64,000 nt of DNA from Octopus vulgaris (Eukaryota). The stretch is taken from positions 154,566,001 to 154,630,000 of the forward strand of contig OX597816.1 in NCBI GenBank assembly GCA_951406725.2, in the 5' to 3' direction. The notes beneath the pieces were generated by a model, which was not told the DNA's origin, did no database searches, and was given only the letters and a program-made list of their open reading frames with translations. Of this stretch, positions 16,853 to 30,439 are shown in pieces. Numbering within the stretch: position 1 is the stretch's first letter; the number at the start of each line of letters is the position of its first letter. The translations under genes were made by a program, and so were the position numbers.

Positions 16853-17449
16853 GTGTTAACTAAAACCTACAGATATATTCTGCTGTATAGTATAGTGCTG
16901 AAATAAAAATTTTGTTAATGCCTCAGCAAATTATTAACTGATTTAGCTCCTCAGCTAATGTAGTATATATGCAAATTAGTCTGATTTAGTAATAGCAGTG
17001 ACATTCTTCAGGCAGTTAACGAGGATCCTCAGGAACTGATGAAATCACAATAAAAGACAGAAACTAGTCCAGCTGATTCCTCCTTTTGTGTTGTTGAAGG
17101 TATTGTCTATGCAAAGACAATGATATACGGTATTAGCTACATACCTATTTGTCCATTCATTTATCCATTCCTTTGTTCATAAGTTTTTTTTTGTAAGCAA
17201 AGAATATTAAGATAAATGTTTTCTTCAAGCTTTCATTTCATATTTCAAAAAATATTCAAACAGTGAATATTTGAAAAGAAAAGCAGGCTTGGATTACCAG
17301 CTGATGATCTGATATATATGTAACTTAAAGTACTGGAAATAGGGGCCTTTCAGTTAGAATGTATTAGAGAATACACTTGTATTGAGTTCTGCAATTTATC
17401 ACTTCTAATGAATCAACAAAGATTTATATATATATATATATATATATTG

Positions 17450-18105
17450 CCCTGTGCTGGTGGCACGTAAAATGCACTGATTGAGCATTGGGCCTCATGG
17501 AGGCAGTGAAGGTGACTGAGACTTTTGGTGATATACTGTTCTTGTGTAAACCAGTCAAGCCAAGTAAGATTGTAGTCATGGTCAATGCTGGTGGCACATA
17601 AAAAGCACCCACTACACTCTTGGAGTGGTTGGCATTAGGAAGGGCATCCAGCCATTGAAACCTTGCTAAATTGGACTGGGACTTAGTGTGGCTTTCTGGC
17701 TTACCAGTTTTCAGTCAAACCATCCATGGAGAGCAGATGTTAAACAACGATGATGATGATCATCCAGTGTTTTAAATCTGGGTTTTTCCCCCGTTAACAG
17801 GGGTGGCTGGATCTATCTCAGTGCCATAGCAACAGAGGTAGGCAGGTGTAGCCCACCCCAACCTTTGGGCTGGCTGGTGCCCATTCTCCTTTGATATATG
17901 TATATATCATCATCATCATCATCATTTAACATCAATTTTCCCTGTTGGCATGAGTTGGATGGTTGCACAGGAGCTGGGAAGCCAGAAGACTGCATCAGGC
18001 TTCACTGTCTGTTTTGGCATGGTTTTTATGGTTGGGTGCCCTTCCTAATGCTAACCACCGTAGTGGACTGAGTGCTTTTTATGTGGTACCAGCACTGGTG
18101 AAATC
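17450..18105. mobile_element. Two oppositely oriented copies of a (GAT)n-tailed retro-element family (RTE-related 3' end or SINE)
   Basis: GGTTGGCATTAGGAAGGGCA on + (17627) and its reverse complement at ~18037, with (GAT)n and (CAT)n tails facing each other. Confidence 0.65.
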
Positions 18106-19000
18106 TGTTTTGGCACATTATATATGTATTCAAATTTCACTAATTTGGATCACCTTGATAATGTTATGTTAACATATATTTTCAGAAATATTAATATAAA
18201 TTTTAATATTTTCTAGTGTGTGTGTGTGTGTGTGTATAAATGCAATAGAAACAGTTGTTGGCTTTATAAGGTGAGAAATATAATAAAAATAAAATTTTCT
18301 CTATACATATTTTTTGTGTTGTCAAATACTCTGAATTTCTTGGAATTCTGCCCAAAGATATTTGAATTTACCTGTCATTCATGAGGATTTACCTGGGATC
18401 TGTATTCTACTTACATTTACTGGTGTCCAATTGTTGAACATGTGTAACCAACCAAATTCTTTTCATATTCAGTGCTTTATTGATATCTGCCAGAATGTTT
18501 TAATCTCTTTTATTCTTAGGTATATATATATGTGTATATATGTATATATAGTTATACATCTTAAAGATAATTGCTACTAAATTAATGTCAAACAAAAAAA
18601 ATTACTGTGACTTTATTTTGTCTTTGTTGTTGCTGGCCCTTCTTTGGCACACTGGTCAAATAGAATGTATAACTAACATTGTTCATAAAAATCTTGATAT
18701 AAGCAATGAATAAATAAAAAAAAGCAACCAGTGTTTAGAAGCCACTTATCTTGTTTGTCACATTTCACCACTCTTATAGTGTCATTGATATTGCACCTTC
18801 AACTCACCTTCCCCTCATTGGTTACCAGAAGTTGTTGAACAACTCAGAATATTTTGGTCTTTTCACTCTCTTTATCTTTCTTTTCATCTCGTCATCTCTT
18901 TTCATTTTGTTCTCATTCTATTTCTCTATTTGTTTTCCTCTCTATCTTGCTTTTTCTCAGTTTTTCTATTTTTCTTTCCTTCTCTCTCTCTTTCTACCTC

Positions 19001-19079
<79 letters not shown>

Positions 19080-20420
19080 TTAAAGACTAAAGCGCATACA
19101 CAGAAACATACAATATACAGGCTCAGATATATCACATTCACATGACAGTGATTTCTCCTTCAGTGCAAACATATATTCATATGCAAAGACCTATGTATAC
19201 ACTCTTATTCCTAAAACACAGACACGTAAAGAAGACTTTGCTTCTGATAGACATACACAAACATCCATGAATATCCAAATATGCACAGACAATCTTGTAG
19301 ATAGACACACACACAAAACTTACTTGCATATACATAAGCATAAATGTGGAAACATACACACAAACTTTGTCACTTCTATCAGACTACACGCATTCATGTC
19401 CTGCTCCATTTATGCACTGACACACGTGTGCATGCTGGCACACATACATCTGCCTACTGGCTCATAGGCATTGACACACATGTACTTATGCTTACAAATT
19501 GATACAGACAACACATATGTATTAACATTTGTACCCACCCACTTGCACGTACCACATAAAAGCCATGACATTTTACTGTTATTGTGTCAAAGTTTCATTT
19601 AATCTGTTTGCGTGACTTTTCTTCCAAATATGGTCCTTCTAGATGTATATTCATTTGCTGCTTTATTCAAATGATGCTGTTAACAGTTATCAGTTGAAGT
19701 ATTTATTGGGCTTACAATGCTATAAAAGATGTTTTAAAATGGCATCCTTTCTTCCACATAAAGGATATTGTTGTTGTGCAGCCCCTGACTGAGAAAATTT
19801 ATAATCAAAGACATTCTAGCCTTGACGATCCTGTCTTTTTAGCATGTGTTTGCTGGGTCTAGCTGCTTGTCATTTCCTTTGTATGGTTCAGTATCCTGAG
19901 ATCAGCTTTCACCATTTCTTCCCACAGCTTCCTTGGTCTTCATCTATCACAAACTTCTGCTGCATATGTTGCTTTTCCGTTTTTCACTTAAATTCTATCT
20001 TCCGTATGCATTATATGACTGAACCAGCATCAAACCAGCTCTGGTTCTCCCTTTCACACCTGATTGTTCTCATAAGCAATTACTCTCTCAGCTTGTCTAA
20101 ACATTGTCATTCATGTATACTATCATTTACACATCTAGCAAAGCATTTGTCTTCATTTTCTATTTCTTGCCAATACACCTCCTCCTCATTCAGTGACACA
20201 TACACATCATCATCATCATCATTGTCATCAATCTTTAATGTCCATGATCCATACTGGCATGGGTTGTATGGTTTGACAAGATCCAATGGGCCCAAGGCCT
20301 GCATCATGCTTTAGTGTTTGTTTGGCATGGTTTCTATGGGTGAATACCCTTCCTAATGCCATCCACTTTACAGCATGTACAGGGTGGTTTTTTTTCAAGC
20401 TATTAGCATGGGCATGGTTC

Positions 20421-20577
20421 CACTAGTGTAGCTGAGGAGAGGGGGTGGGATAGTAGGGGCAGTCTGCCCCCGAGCAGCACTTTTGGGTCTGTTGTAGGCA
20501 ATATGTGGTTTTGTGGAGTCCAGGAGTAGGAAATGGAAAGGCCGCCCTGAGTGGCACACACTCTAGCTACACTAGTG
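20421..20577. mobile_element. hAT-like MITE, 157 bp
   Basis: Perfect 13 bp TIR CACTAGTGTAGCT/AGCTACACTAGTG and perfect 8 bp TSD CATGGTTC (20413-20420 and 20578-20585). Confidence 0.88.
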
Positions 20578-21295
20578 CATGGTTCCGTAGTTATGAATTT
20601 TGCTTTAACTTTTTTTATACAGAAAATGTAGTGAAAACCAGTGCAAGAAAGATATTGTCTCTATAGGTGTTTTCACAGACCATAAGAATGTGCTTGTTTG
20701 GTACATTGTGCACATAAAGAGAACTAGAACAAAACAAAAAGAGATGACGAAAAGAAGAGAAAGATAAAGAGAGTGAAAAGACTGAAATATTCTGAGTTGT
20801 TCAACAACTTCTGATGATTAAGCTAAATTATAAGACATACTATGTAGGTGTCCTTGTCATTTTTTACATCTGCTTTCCATGGTGACATGGGTCATCATGG
20901 TCCATGTCTGCACTTTATTTGGATGGTTGCTAGACTGTTTTGTTTGTATGCTTCACTTTTGGCATGGTTTCTTTGGCTGAATAACTCTTTCTAACACCAA
21001 TCACTTAACAGATTGTACTGTATGTAGTTTATCATAGCATGAGCACTAAAGAGGTTGTCATGACCTTGGCAAGACTAAAGCGTCTTCTCTACCTTACATT
21101 GTCACTGTTCATTTGCCAACCACTTAAGAGTGTACTGGGTGCTGTGCACCCAGTACACTCTTAGTGTTTGACTTGTGATCATAAGATTCTGGTTTCAATT
21201 CCTGGTCTCCCTTCATTTCCCGTTGCTCCAGCCTACTCAGCTGGCAAAAGTGAGTAATCTTGTGATGGACTGGCATCCTGTCCAAGTGTGGAATA

Positions 21296-21462
21296 TACTG
21301 TATTTTAATGTTTATAAGGAAACTTTTTTTTGCCAAAAATTAGGTTAAAAAAATATGGGAGTTTCTTATACATGGACGGTATTAGAATCCCTTACGAAAC
21401 CTTTTCTTCAAATTTTAATCCCCCAAAACTAGAGGGTTCCTTATACAGGTTAAAATATGCTA
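21296..21462. mobile_element. Degenerate Tc2/pogo-like MITE
   Basis: Imperfect TIRs TACTGTATTTTAA..TATAAGG / CCTTATAC..TTAAAATATGCTA. Confidence 0.5.
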
Positions 21463-21656
21463 TATGTCACAGAACCTGAGAAACTGACCCTCTGAGTCTA
21501 TATGACTTGGAAAGGATCTTTTTATCCTATATATATATATATTGTCAGTGGCCATTGGAGTCTGACAAGTCGTCTATAAAGCTAAGCACTTTAAGGATGC
21601 GAAACTGTTGGTCACTCTATGACTGGACATATATGTAACTGCATGTAAATATATAT

Positions 21657-22065
21657 ATCATCATCATCATCATCGCTTAACGTCGGCTTTCCATGCTAGC
21701 ATGGGTTGGACAATTTTGACTGAGGGCTGGCGAACCAGATGGCTGCACCAGGCTCCAATCTTGATCTGGCAGAGTTTCTACAGCTGGATGCCCTTCCTAA
21801 TGCCAACCACTCCGAGAGTGTAGTGGGTACTTTTTACGTGCCCAGTCAAGTGGTACTGGCAACACCTTGCTCGAATTTTTTTACACATGCCACCAGCACA
21901 GGTGCCAGTAAGGCGATGCTGGTAACGATCACGCTCGAATGGTGCCTTTTACGTGCCACTGACATGGAAGCCAGTTAGCTGCTCTGGCAATGATCACACT
22001 CAGATGGTGCTCTTGGCATCCTACTAGCACGGGCACAAGTGCCAGTAAGGTGACACTGATAGCGA
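21657..22065 (-). mobile_element. (GAT)n-tailed retro-element copy with internal sub-repeats
   Basis: (CAT)n tail, GGATGCCCTTCCTAATGCCAACCAC core, and repeated GCACA.GTGCCAGTAAGG units. Confidence 0.7.
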
Positions 22066-23003
22066 TATATATATATATATATAAATGAAAAGTGTATTGT
22101 AAATAAACGACGACAGGCTAAAAAATGTAGAATGTATATTGACTGTACAACCGGATGGGAGACTGATATAGAAGGTTCCTAATTTTTCATCAGTTATCAA
22201 CCAGATGGTATTATTCTGTATCACACCTTCAATGATAAAACTGAGAACTTCCCATGCTGGTGGTGCCAATGAAAGTTGCAGAGAATATAGGGCTGAGAGC
22301 AAACAAAGCAATACAGAATGGACATATGCAAGTGAATAAATGTAGTTTAAGATGGTGGACAGAGATGAAACAAATGAGTAATTAGAAAAATATAGTCTTA
22401 GGGCCAAAAAGACAATGTTTAGAAGGCATCCTAAAAGATTAGAAAACAATAAATAGCAAGGCAGTGAGACACAGAGAATTCAGGACCGGTCAGCTATGTA
22501 ACTGGTGTGAAAAAGGGAGAGAAAGAAGAAGGGCTGGCCATGGGTCACATCTCAGCAGCAGGCAGAGGAAAAAGAGGGCAAGAGAGAGGGAGGGAAAGAG
22601 AGAGAATGACAGAGAGAAAACAAGGGAAGTGATGGAGGGGGAAAAAGGAGAAAGGCTAGAAATAGAAGCAAGAGGGCGAGAGAGAGAAAAGGAGAAAGAA
22701 GAAAATGTGTGTGTATATATATATATATGTGTGTGTGTGTGAAGGTGGTGTGGAGAGGGGAGGCTGGTATGCATGGGTGACTGCTGGCCTTCCATAAAAC
22801 AACCTTGCCCGGACTTGTTCCTCGGAGGGTAACTTTCTAGGTGCAATCCCATGGTCATTCATGGCCGAAGGGGTTCTCCTCTTCCTCCTCCATATATACA
22901 CACACACACAACTATATAAAAATGGTGGTGGCCATAAATCTTGTTTTGAAGGTGGTTTAACTGCTGTTTTGAGCAGGTCAAAGGATCAAACAATCTCCCT
23001 TAA

Positions 23004-23221
23004 CCTTTTTGATACCAAACTGTGAGATCACCCCTGGTTCTGTGACACAAACTTCCTGTTTTATAGTGATTTAAATGAAAATCTTCCATCAAAATTTCAT
23101 GTCAACTTATGTTCCAAATACCAGGTTAACAATGACAGTTAATTTGCTGAATGCGTCATTATTTTCAAAATTAATCAAAACAGAGGCAGTGTGTTGCAAC
23201 AGAAACGTGCTAACAAAAGAG
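23004..23221. mobile_element. piggyBac-like MITE (degenerate)
   Basis: TTAA on both sides; imperfect TIR CCTTTTTGATAC / GCTAACAAAAGAG. Confidence 0.6.
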
Positions 23222-23827
23222 TTAATGACTAATAGTATAGTTGTCAACCTAATTCAATGTACTTCCTCTCTTAAAAATACTGTGTTTGTACTGAGTTGAA
23301 ACAAATCAGAATTGTATGGTATTACCATAATTGTTATAATGATATTGCATAAAGGCAGTAAGCCGACAGCATCATTAGTAAGCCAGACAAAATGCTCGTA
23401 AAACAATTTCTTCTTGTTTTATGCTCTGAGTTCAAATTTCACTGAAGTTGACTTTGCCTTTCATTGATAAAGTAAATAACAGGGTCGATAAAATAAATAC
23501 CAGGGTTGATAAAATAAATACCTGTCAAGTATTTGGGTCAATGAAATTGATGATCCCATCCCTCTAAAATTGCTGGCCATGTGCCTATAATAGAAAAGAT
23601 TATAATGATATTGAATATAAGGCATTGGACTTCCAGATTTTTACATTCCTGAAAAAGAATCCAAGTCTCACCAAGGTCAATATTGCCTTTCGTCTTCTTA
23701 GGGTTGATAAAATAAAGTATCAGTGTAGTATTGGGGTTGATGGTATCGCTTAATTCCTTATCTCAGTTCTGATGATCTTCTGCTTAAGTCAGATATTGAA
23801 TTACCATGTTATGTTATTATTATATGA

Positions 23828-24460
23828 AGGCTTCTTGGAGGACTCCATCTCATCTGTCTCTGTTCTCATCAAGAATGTTGAAGTTGTTGATTGCTTCACT
23901 TATCTCAGCAGTGAGTTTCATAGCAGCATTAGCTGTGAGTCTGAAGCCCTAAAAAGGCTTGGATGAGCTGCTGCAGTTATGGACTCACTGTATCAGGGTG
24001 TGTGGTGCTGCCAATAACTGTGCAGGAGGACTACGGTTCAGGTCTTTAGGTCTCTTGGTCATCCCTGTCCTGCTCTATAGTTGTGAGACTTGCTCACTGT
24101 CCAGGGCCTTAGAAGCTGCCTGAGCACCTTTGGTATCAGAATGGTTTGCAGGATTATGGGATGTATCCTGTTACTTGCTCAGACTGTTTGGCCATATTAC
24201 TTGATTTTCTGAGTTAGACCCTGTTGACTGTGTCCTTCACTGAGGATCTGGCTGGGTTGATGGCTTGTGTTGGTTGACTGCTTTATCTGCTGTAACCATG
24301 TGGACTGCATGCCACATGGTTACAACAGATAAAGCGGTATCTCATGGAGATGAGGACTGACGAGAACCCCACTTGATGGGTCACCTGGGAGGACCCAGGA
24401 ATATACCGACAAATGGTGAATGCAGCAATGTGATGCAATGGTGTGTGCCCACACCCCACC
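23828..24460 (+). mobile_element. Degraded RTE-clade LINE 3' part
   Basis: NVEVVDCFTYLSS...KRLG*AAAVMDSLYQGVW...QVFRSL..PVLLYSCET, typical of the RTE RT C-terminus, with stops and frameshifts. Confidence 0.75.
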
Positions 24461-26036
24461 TAACCAGGCTTGATTATTATTATGTATGATAATGAGCTGG
24501 CAGAATTGTTAGTGCACTGAACAAAATGTTTAGTGGCATTTCTGGTAGCTCTTTCTGTTCTGAGTTCAAATGTTGTTGGGGTCAAGTTTCCATTCATTCC
24601 TCCTGTGTTAGGTACCATTTGAGCACTGGGGTTGATGTCATTGATTTATCCTCTCCTCTCAAAAATTACTGGCCTTGTGTCAAATTTAGAAACAATTATT
24701 ATATATGATTTAAATGACCATATTATATATGAGGTGTTTAGTAAGTATTGTAAGTGCCATCCCGGCCATTTTTGAGGTTAGTATATCATTTTCTTTGTCT
24801 CAATGCCTAGAATCCAAAAAGGTTGAGAGGAAGGTTGCAATAAGGTCGAAAATTCGTCTGAAAAAAATTGTACCTCGACGCTATTGACAAAACCCTTGCT
24901 CACCCAAACTCGGACCAGAGAGTTTAATAACACACCATTGTAAACACACACAATCAGTAACTTTGATGTGGTCCCTGTATCAATTTTCGAGGTGTTATGG
25001 ATCATTTTCTAATATTCTTCATTACCATTGTAATGATAATGGCTATTATCTTACTATCTTGTCTTATTTGTCTCTTAAAGACACTTACCTTGGTATATTA
25101 AAACACAAACAACACCTTTGTGGGGTCTCTGTATGTTTTTCCTAGGTATTATGACTAAAATATGCAATGTAATACACCGTTTTGTAGTATATTCTACAAA
25201 ATGAGAAAGATGCAGTAATTATTTCATCTTTCAGATGCATATGGAAATAAATAATTTTACATAGGTGGAATGATTAGAGGAGGTCTTCACGGTCATTTTA
25301 AGACTAGCTTCCTAACTTAATTATTTGCTGAGATATTGCATTCTGAAAGTTGTGAAACTTTGTGTTTTTCTTGGTTTTTAAGTTGTGGCACTTATGACAG
25401 TCTGTTACTAAACACCTCATATGATGTGTGCATTTGTACAACTGTGTGCTTGTTTATGTTTGTACTCTTCGAAAGTCACTGTGAGTGGTGGTGTTGTCGC
25501 TTCTCCAGTCAACAACTTGTCAACTCAATTTACACCTTTGTAGACATGAGAATTAAGAAATCCTTATTTGAACTATAGGTAAGAGTTGTGACAGGAAGGA
25601 TATCGTGCTGTAAAGTAATGCCTCAATGATATATTTGTCTAACCCATGCAAGCTTAGAAAAATGGGTGTAAAAACAACAAATGAATGAAAAAATACATAC
25701 AAGCATGCATGCACACATGTGCTGTACCTAGGTCTGCATTCTCATACAGAACTTAATCTCTCTGCAGTTCCTTTCATGCTCATGTTCTCCCTATATCTGT
25801 ACACTTGCAGTTGTTTAAGAGAAACATCAACTCTGTTGATGTCACATGTTATGAAGGACCTTTGAAGGATGGTTGTAGGCAAAATTTACTGTATGTATGC
25901 ATGCATATGTATAATCAATCAACAGTTATCTTTACCAGGAAGGATTATGATAAATCATTTCTCTGCAATTACTTTTGTTTTTATTTCTTTTTTCTTTTTC
26001 CCCTTTTCTATATATGTTTACTTTTTTTTTTTGCAG

Positions 26037-26205
26037 ATGGATGAAAAAGAACTTTCCAGTCGACATGTGAAGCCAAATTTCACAAAACTTAAAGATCTTG
26101 GCAACCAGTTAAGATCTCATTTAAAACTTGGCCTCTTTGGCATTGATGTCATTATTGAATGCGGGACCAATCGCTATGCCATTATTGATATCAACATATT
26201 TCCAG
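26037..26205 (+). CDS. ITPK1: ITPK1 exon MDEKE...LGLFGIDVIIECGTNRYAIIDINIFP(G)
   Basis: Long T-tract plus GCAG acceptor, GTAAG donor. Carries the LFGID and IDINxFPG metal-binding motifs. Confidence 0.95.
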
Positions 26206-27234
26206 GTAAGCTTACAAAAGGAATCTAACAGGTGTTCACTGCTCCCAACTTTTCTTTTTTCTTTTTCTTTTTCCACTTTCCTTTTCCTCACCATTATCTC
26301 CTCTCATCCCAATCATTTTTAGTACTAACTTGAAGTTTCTGAAATTAGTGTTAGGATTGGTTTCTATCATTGAGGCTGCTGCTATTATGGAGCAACACTT
26401 TTAGGGGTTTTAGTTGATCATATCACATTGTTTCTGCCTGGTAATTATTTTGTTAAATTAATCACTTTTTAATGAATTGCTGAATTATTTGTCAATGTAA
26501 AATAGCATAATTCTATGCATTATTTCATACAGGTAGACACATATATATTAATATATTTCATTTGTTTAACTCTCATTTTTCCTTGCTAGTATGGCTTTGG
26601 GTAGGAATTGATTTTGAGGAAGAATTTTACTGCTACCATCCTCACCTGTTTTTGAAGTAAGGGATTTTATACTCCATGGTTCTTTGGAAGTGCAGAGAAA
26701 CTGGTTGTAATGTAAACATCATCACCTTTTCACTCTGACAATGACAAGTAAAGCTTCAACATTTGTGCATATGCACACATGCATGTGCTTCATCTGTTTC
26801 TGGGGATTTGATGTCTACATTTCTTGATGACATTATGACCAGTCACTCTGTGTGTTTGAAGTCCTGTTGACTAATAAGAAAAAAAACAAAACAAAATCCT
26901 TTTTGGAAAAATAGGTAAAGTTTGGCAGCAGGAAGAACAGACAACCATAAAATCCTATCTCAAATAAGCCCTTGTCCAGCCCATGAACAAACTTATTCTC
27001 TAAGTCCAAATTAATGTAGTTAAATTAAATTTTTTGTCACTTTGAATCTAACATATTGCATTAATGTACAAGGGCTGTAAGCTTGCAGCCTTCTATATTA
27101 TCTCATTGTTATGTGATGTGAAAGACGAGGGGAGAAATTAGTAGAACTGATCATCTGTGCATGGGTCTTTTATGACCCCAAGGACTCATTATGCTGGAGC
27201 TTAATCTAGTTTTGATGTATAAATGACTGAGATT

Positions 27235-27420
27235 GGTTTCAAATTTTGGTACAAGGCCAGCAGTTTTAGGGAAGTGGGTAAGTTGATTGCATCAACCCCA
27301 GTGTTTAACTGGTACTTGTTTTATCGACCTCAAAAGGAAGAAAGGCAATGTTGATCTTGATGGAATTTGAACTCAGAATGTAAAGACAGACAAAATGGTG
27401 CTAAGCATTTCGCCTGCCAC
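27235..27420 (-). mobile_element. SINE family B copy, antisense
   Basis: Reverse complement of the 30807-31032 family (GAATTTGAACTCAGAATGTAAAGACAGAC). Confidence 0.7.
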
Positions 27421-28088
27421 CATGTAAGTGATTGGGATTAAAACATTCCTCACTGAACAGAATGCAGGTCCATCACTGGGTGAATTTCCTCAGCTATTGC
27501 TAGTGAAACTCATTTACAGCTGAGTGGGCTGGAACCAGGTGAAATGAAGTGTTTTGCTCAAGAACACATTATACTGCTTGGTCAAGGATTGAAACCACGA
27601 TCTTGAGGTTGTGACTGCAACTCCCTAACCACTAAGCTACATACCTTCACAGTGGTATTTGAATTAGTAGTGTAGCGGATAAAATGCCTTGCAGTATTTA
27701 GTTACATTCCTTTATGGTCCAAATTGAAATATTACCAAAATCTGTTACATTTTACATTCCATTGCCCTTAATGAAATAGGTATCAGTTAAGTACTGGGAG
27801 TCATTGTAATTGAGTGACCCTTCTTCCTCCCCCAAATCATGTGTATTTGTACCTAAAATAGAAACTATTAAGATATTGCTGTGTGTGTAAGATAGATGAA
27901 TACAGTACATAATGGATGAACTAGGTATAAAGTTGATAACAGTGATTGTAGCGCTACTGCTGACAGTGTTGTTGTTTAACCCTAGGTCAACCGTGATCAA
28001 GCAGTTCATCCCATTTTTTCCGGATATGGTGCATTTATAATCACATTATCCAATGTGGTCTTATTTTTTAAAGATTAGATTTGAATTA

Positions 28089-28467
28089 AGGCGCAGGACT
28101 GGCTGTGTGGTAAGTATAGGCACAGGAGTGGCTGTGTGGTAAGTAGCTTGCCTACCAACCACATGGCTCCTGGTTCAGTCCCACTGTGTGGCACCTTGGG
28201 CAAGTGTCTTCTACTATAGCCTCGGGCTGACCAAAATCTTGTGAGTGGATTTGGTAGACGGAAACTGAAAGAAGCTCGTCGTATATATATATATATGTGT
28301 GTGTGTTTGTCCCCCCAACATCGCTTGACAACCGATGCTGGTGTGTTTACGTCCCCGATAGAGTAAGTACTAGGCTTACAAAGAATAAGTCATGGAGTCG
28401 ATTTCCTCGACTAAAGGCGGTGCTCCAGCATGGCCGCAGTCAAATGACTGAAACAAGTAAAAGAGTA
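28089..28467 (+). mobile_element. SINE family A copy (young) with a duplicated 5' ~29 bp
   Basis: AGGC.CAGGA.TGGCTGTGTGGTAAGTA occurs twice in tandem; CpGs are retained. Confidence 0.78.
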
Positions 28468-29494
28468 ATGGGAAGCTGGTTGCTATTTCTAGCAAAATCA
28501 CCATCTACATAGTGAAGCATCCTTGATAGCAATAGAATAGTGTTGCTATTGTTGTTATTTAACCTCAGGTCAACTCTCATTGAGCAGACTTGTGACCGGA
28601 GATAATCTAGTGTCGAGCGTCCTATTTTATTTGTGTATTGTACTTAATTTGTCCTCTATTTATTTCAGAGAATAGAGTGTAATTTGAGAGATTTGACTGC
28701 CGTTTCTTGTAGGACGAATGTCTACGTAGTGCTATTGCTGTAGTGCTATTGTTGTCGCTTTACCGCGACAACAATTCAAAGTGACAACAATACAAATGTT
28801 TGCAAAAATGGCGAATGTCCTCCTTTGCCAACATTGTGGACTTGTGCCTGTGTTAGAAATCTTTAAGAAATGTTTATTTTTCATTGCTGACAGTGCCAAG
28901 GAGATAACGTTTGGCAGGGGAGACTACTCTTTATTCGCACTACTTGTTAGATTCATTATAATTGATGTAGTAATGGAAAAAAAAAAAGAAAGAAAAAATA
29001 GTAATTAATGCTAATGTGGGGAAGAGAAGAAAGCACCAGCTCACTAATATAATTTCTTGTGTCTTGGCAAATATAGACTACAATACCGGATATGTTTTCA
29101 ACTTATTAGCACCTCCTCAATCAATCAATCTTTGTCGTCGGGCAACTTACCCGGACCAGTGCAACTTTTCCAAGCCAGACGTACTGATTGAGCGATGAAG
29201 CATGATTGTCTAATCCATAAACCACTACAAATGATAACAGTTCGTTTACTGAACTGATTGATCCCACCCAATAACAGTTTGTTGTCTGTTCATCCGCCTA
29301 GTATCTTGTGATATTCTTCATCTTTGCCTGATTAATAAGAGAGTAAAATAAAATCGATCTCTGTTGATGAGAATTCAGTTGTTCGATCAACTGAATTACT
29401 TTTTTTTAATTCGGTTGAATATTCCACAGACTCGACTATTAACGTAATCAACGTGTCAACACCGCAATAAAAGCAAAACACACACACAAACCCC

Positions 29495-29824
29495 GGCACT
29501 TTTTGGTTATCTCACTGCCATTAAAAAAACTGGGTTATCTCCCCACTAAAAAAATTGAGTTAATGTAGCGACAAGAAATTGGATTAAAAGAGTTAGATCC
29601 TTTTGATTCAGTACTTCAGCACATTGGTGACGTTTGGCCTCCTCTATAGGCATGATATGATTTGTTATAAAAATGTTATCAGATTCAATAAGATGTTTCA
29701 TCGTTTCACTTTTGGTTTTTCGTTTTAGTAAGTGTTAAACATTTTTTATAAGATGAGGGAAATAACCAAAAGTACCGATATTTCTTATAATTTTTTAATG
29801 GGGGTGAGATAACCAAAAAGTACC
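29495..29824. mobile_element. MITE with ~34 bp TIRs starting GG (possibly Merlin-like)
   Basis: GGCACTTTTTGGTTATCTCACTGCCATTAAAAAA versus reverse complement GGTACTTTTTGGTTATCTCACCCCCATTAAAAAA, plus subterminal partial copies. No clear TSD. Confidence 0.7.
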
Positions 29825-30439
29825 CGAATAACAATACAAAACCGGTCAGCATTAGCTAATTTTTATGCCACAGTCTTTGTAGTATAGTTTCTGTCTGGGG
29901 GCTCTTTTTAACAACTGCTTTACAAGAGAGTCACGTGTCGCGCTGATGTCAGAGAGCATGTCTGCTGCAGGACACACACACACACACACACACACTATAA
30001 TCTACGTCCACTTTCCAAGCTGGATTTCAGACAGCCATTTGAAGGTATTGTTTAGGCTTTTATGTGTTCGTTATAGTGTACTATTGATTGAAAATTATTT
30101 TATAAAAAATAAACACATTACTAACGGTGTGCCTTTAAACAAAAATATTCAAAAAGTTGTCTCCCCTGCATCGCTAGACCACCGAGTATACTTTTTAAAA
30201 GCTCTACTTTCAAATAAACTCACACGCAACCGCGCGCGCACACACACGTATCGAACGATATTTACAAAAATTTTGTTCAAATTCTGTTGAATGAATGCCT
30301 CATTGGATTTAACAAAAGAAGCCATTTCCCTTGTAAACAGACGAAAACATATTTAGCTGATGAACACACACTCACACACACATGATTATTATTAGTCCCA
30401 TAACTCATTAGTTTGTTGGGATATCATCAAAAGCTTTTA

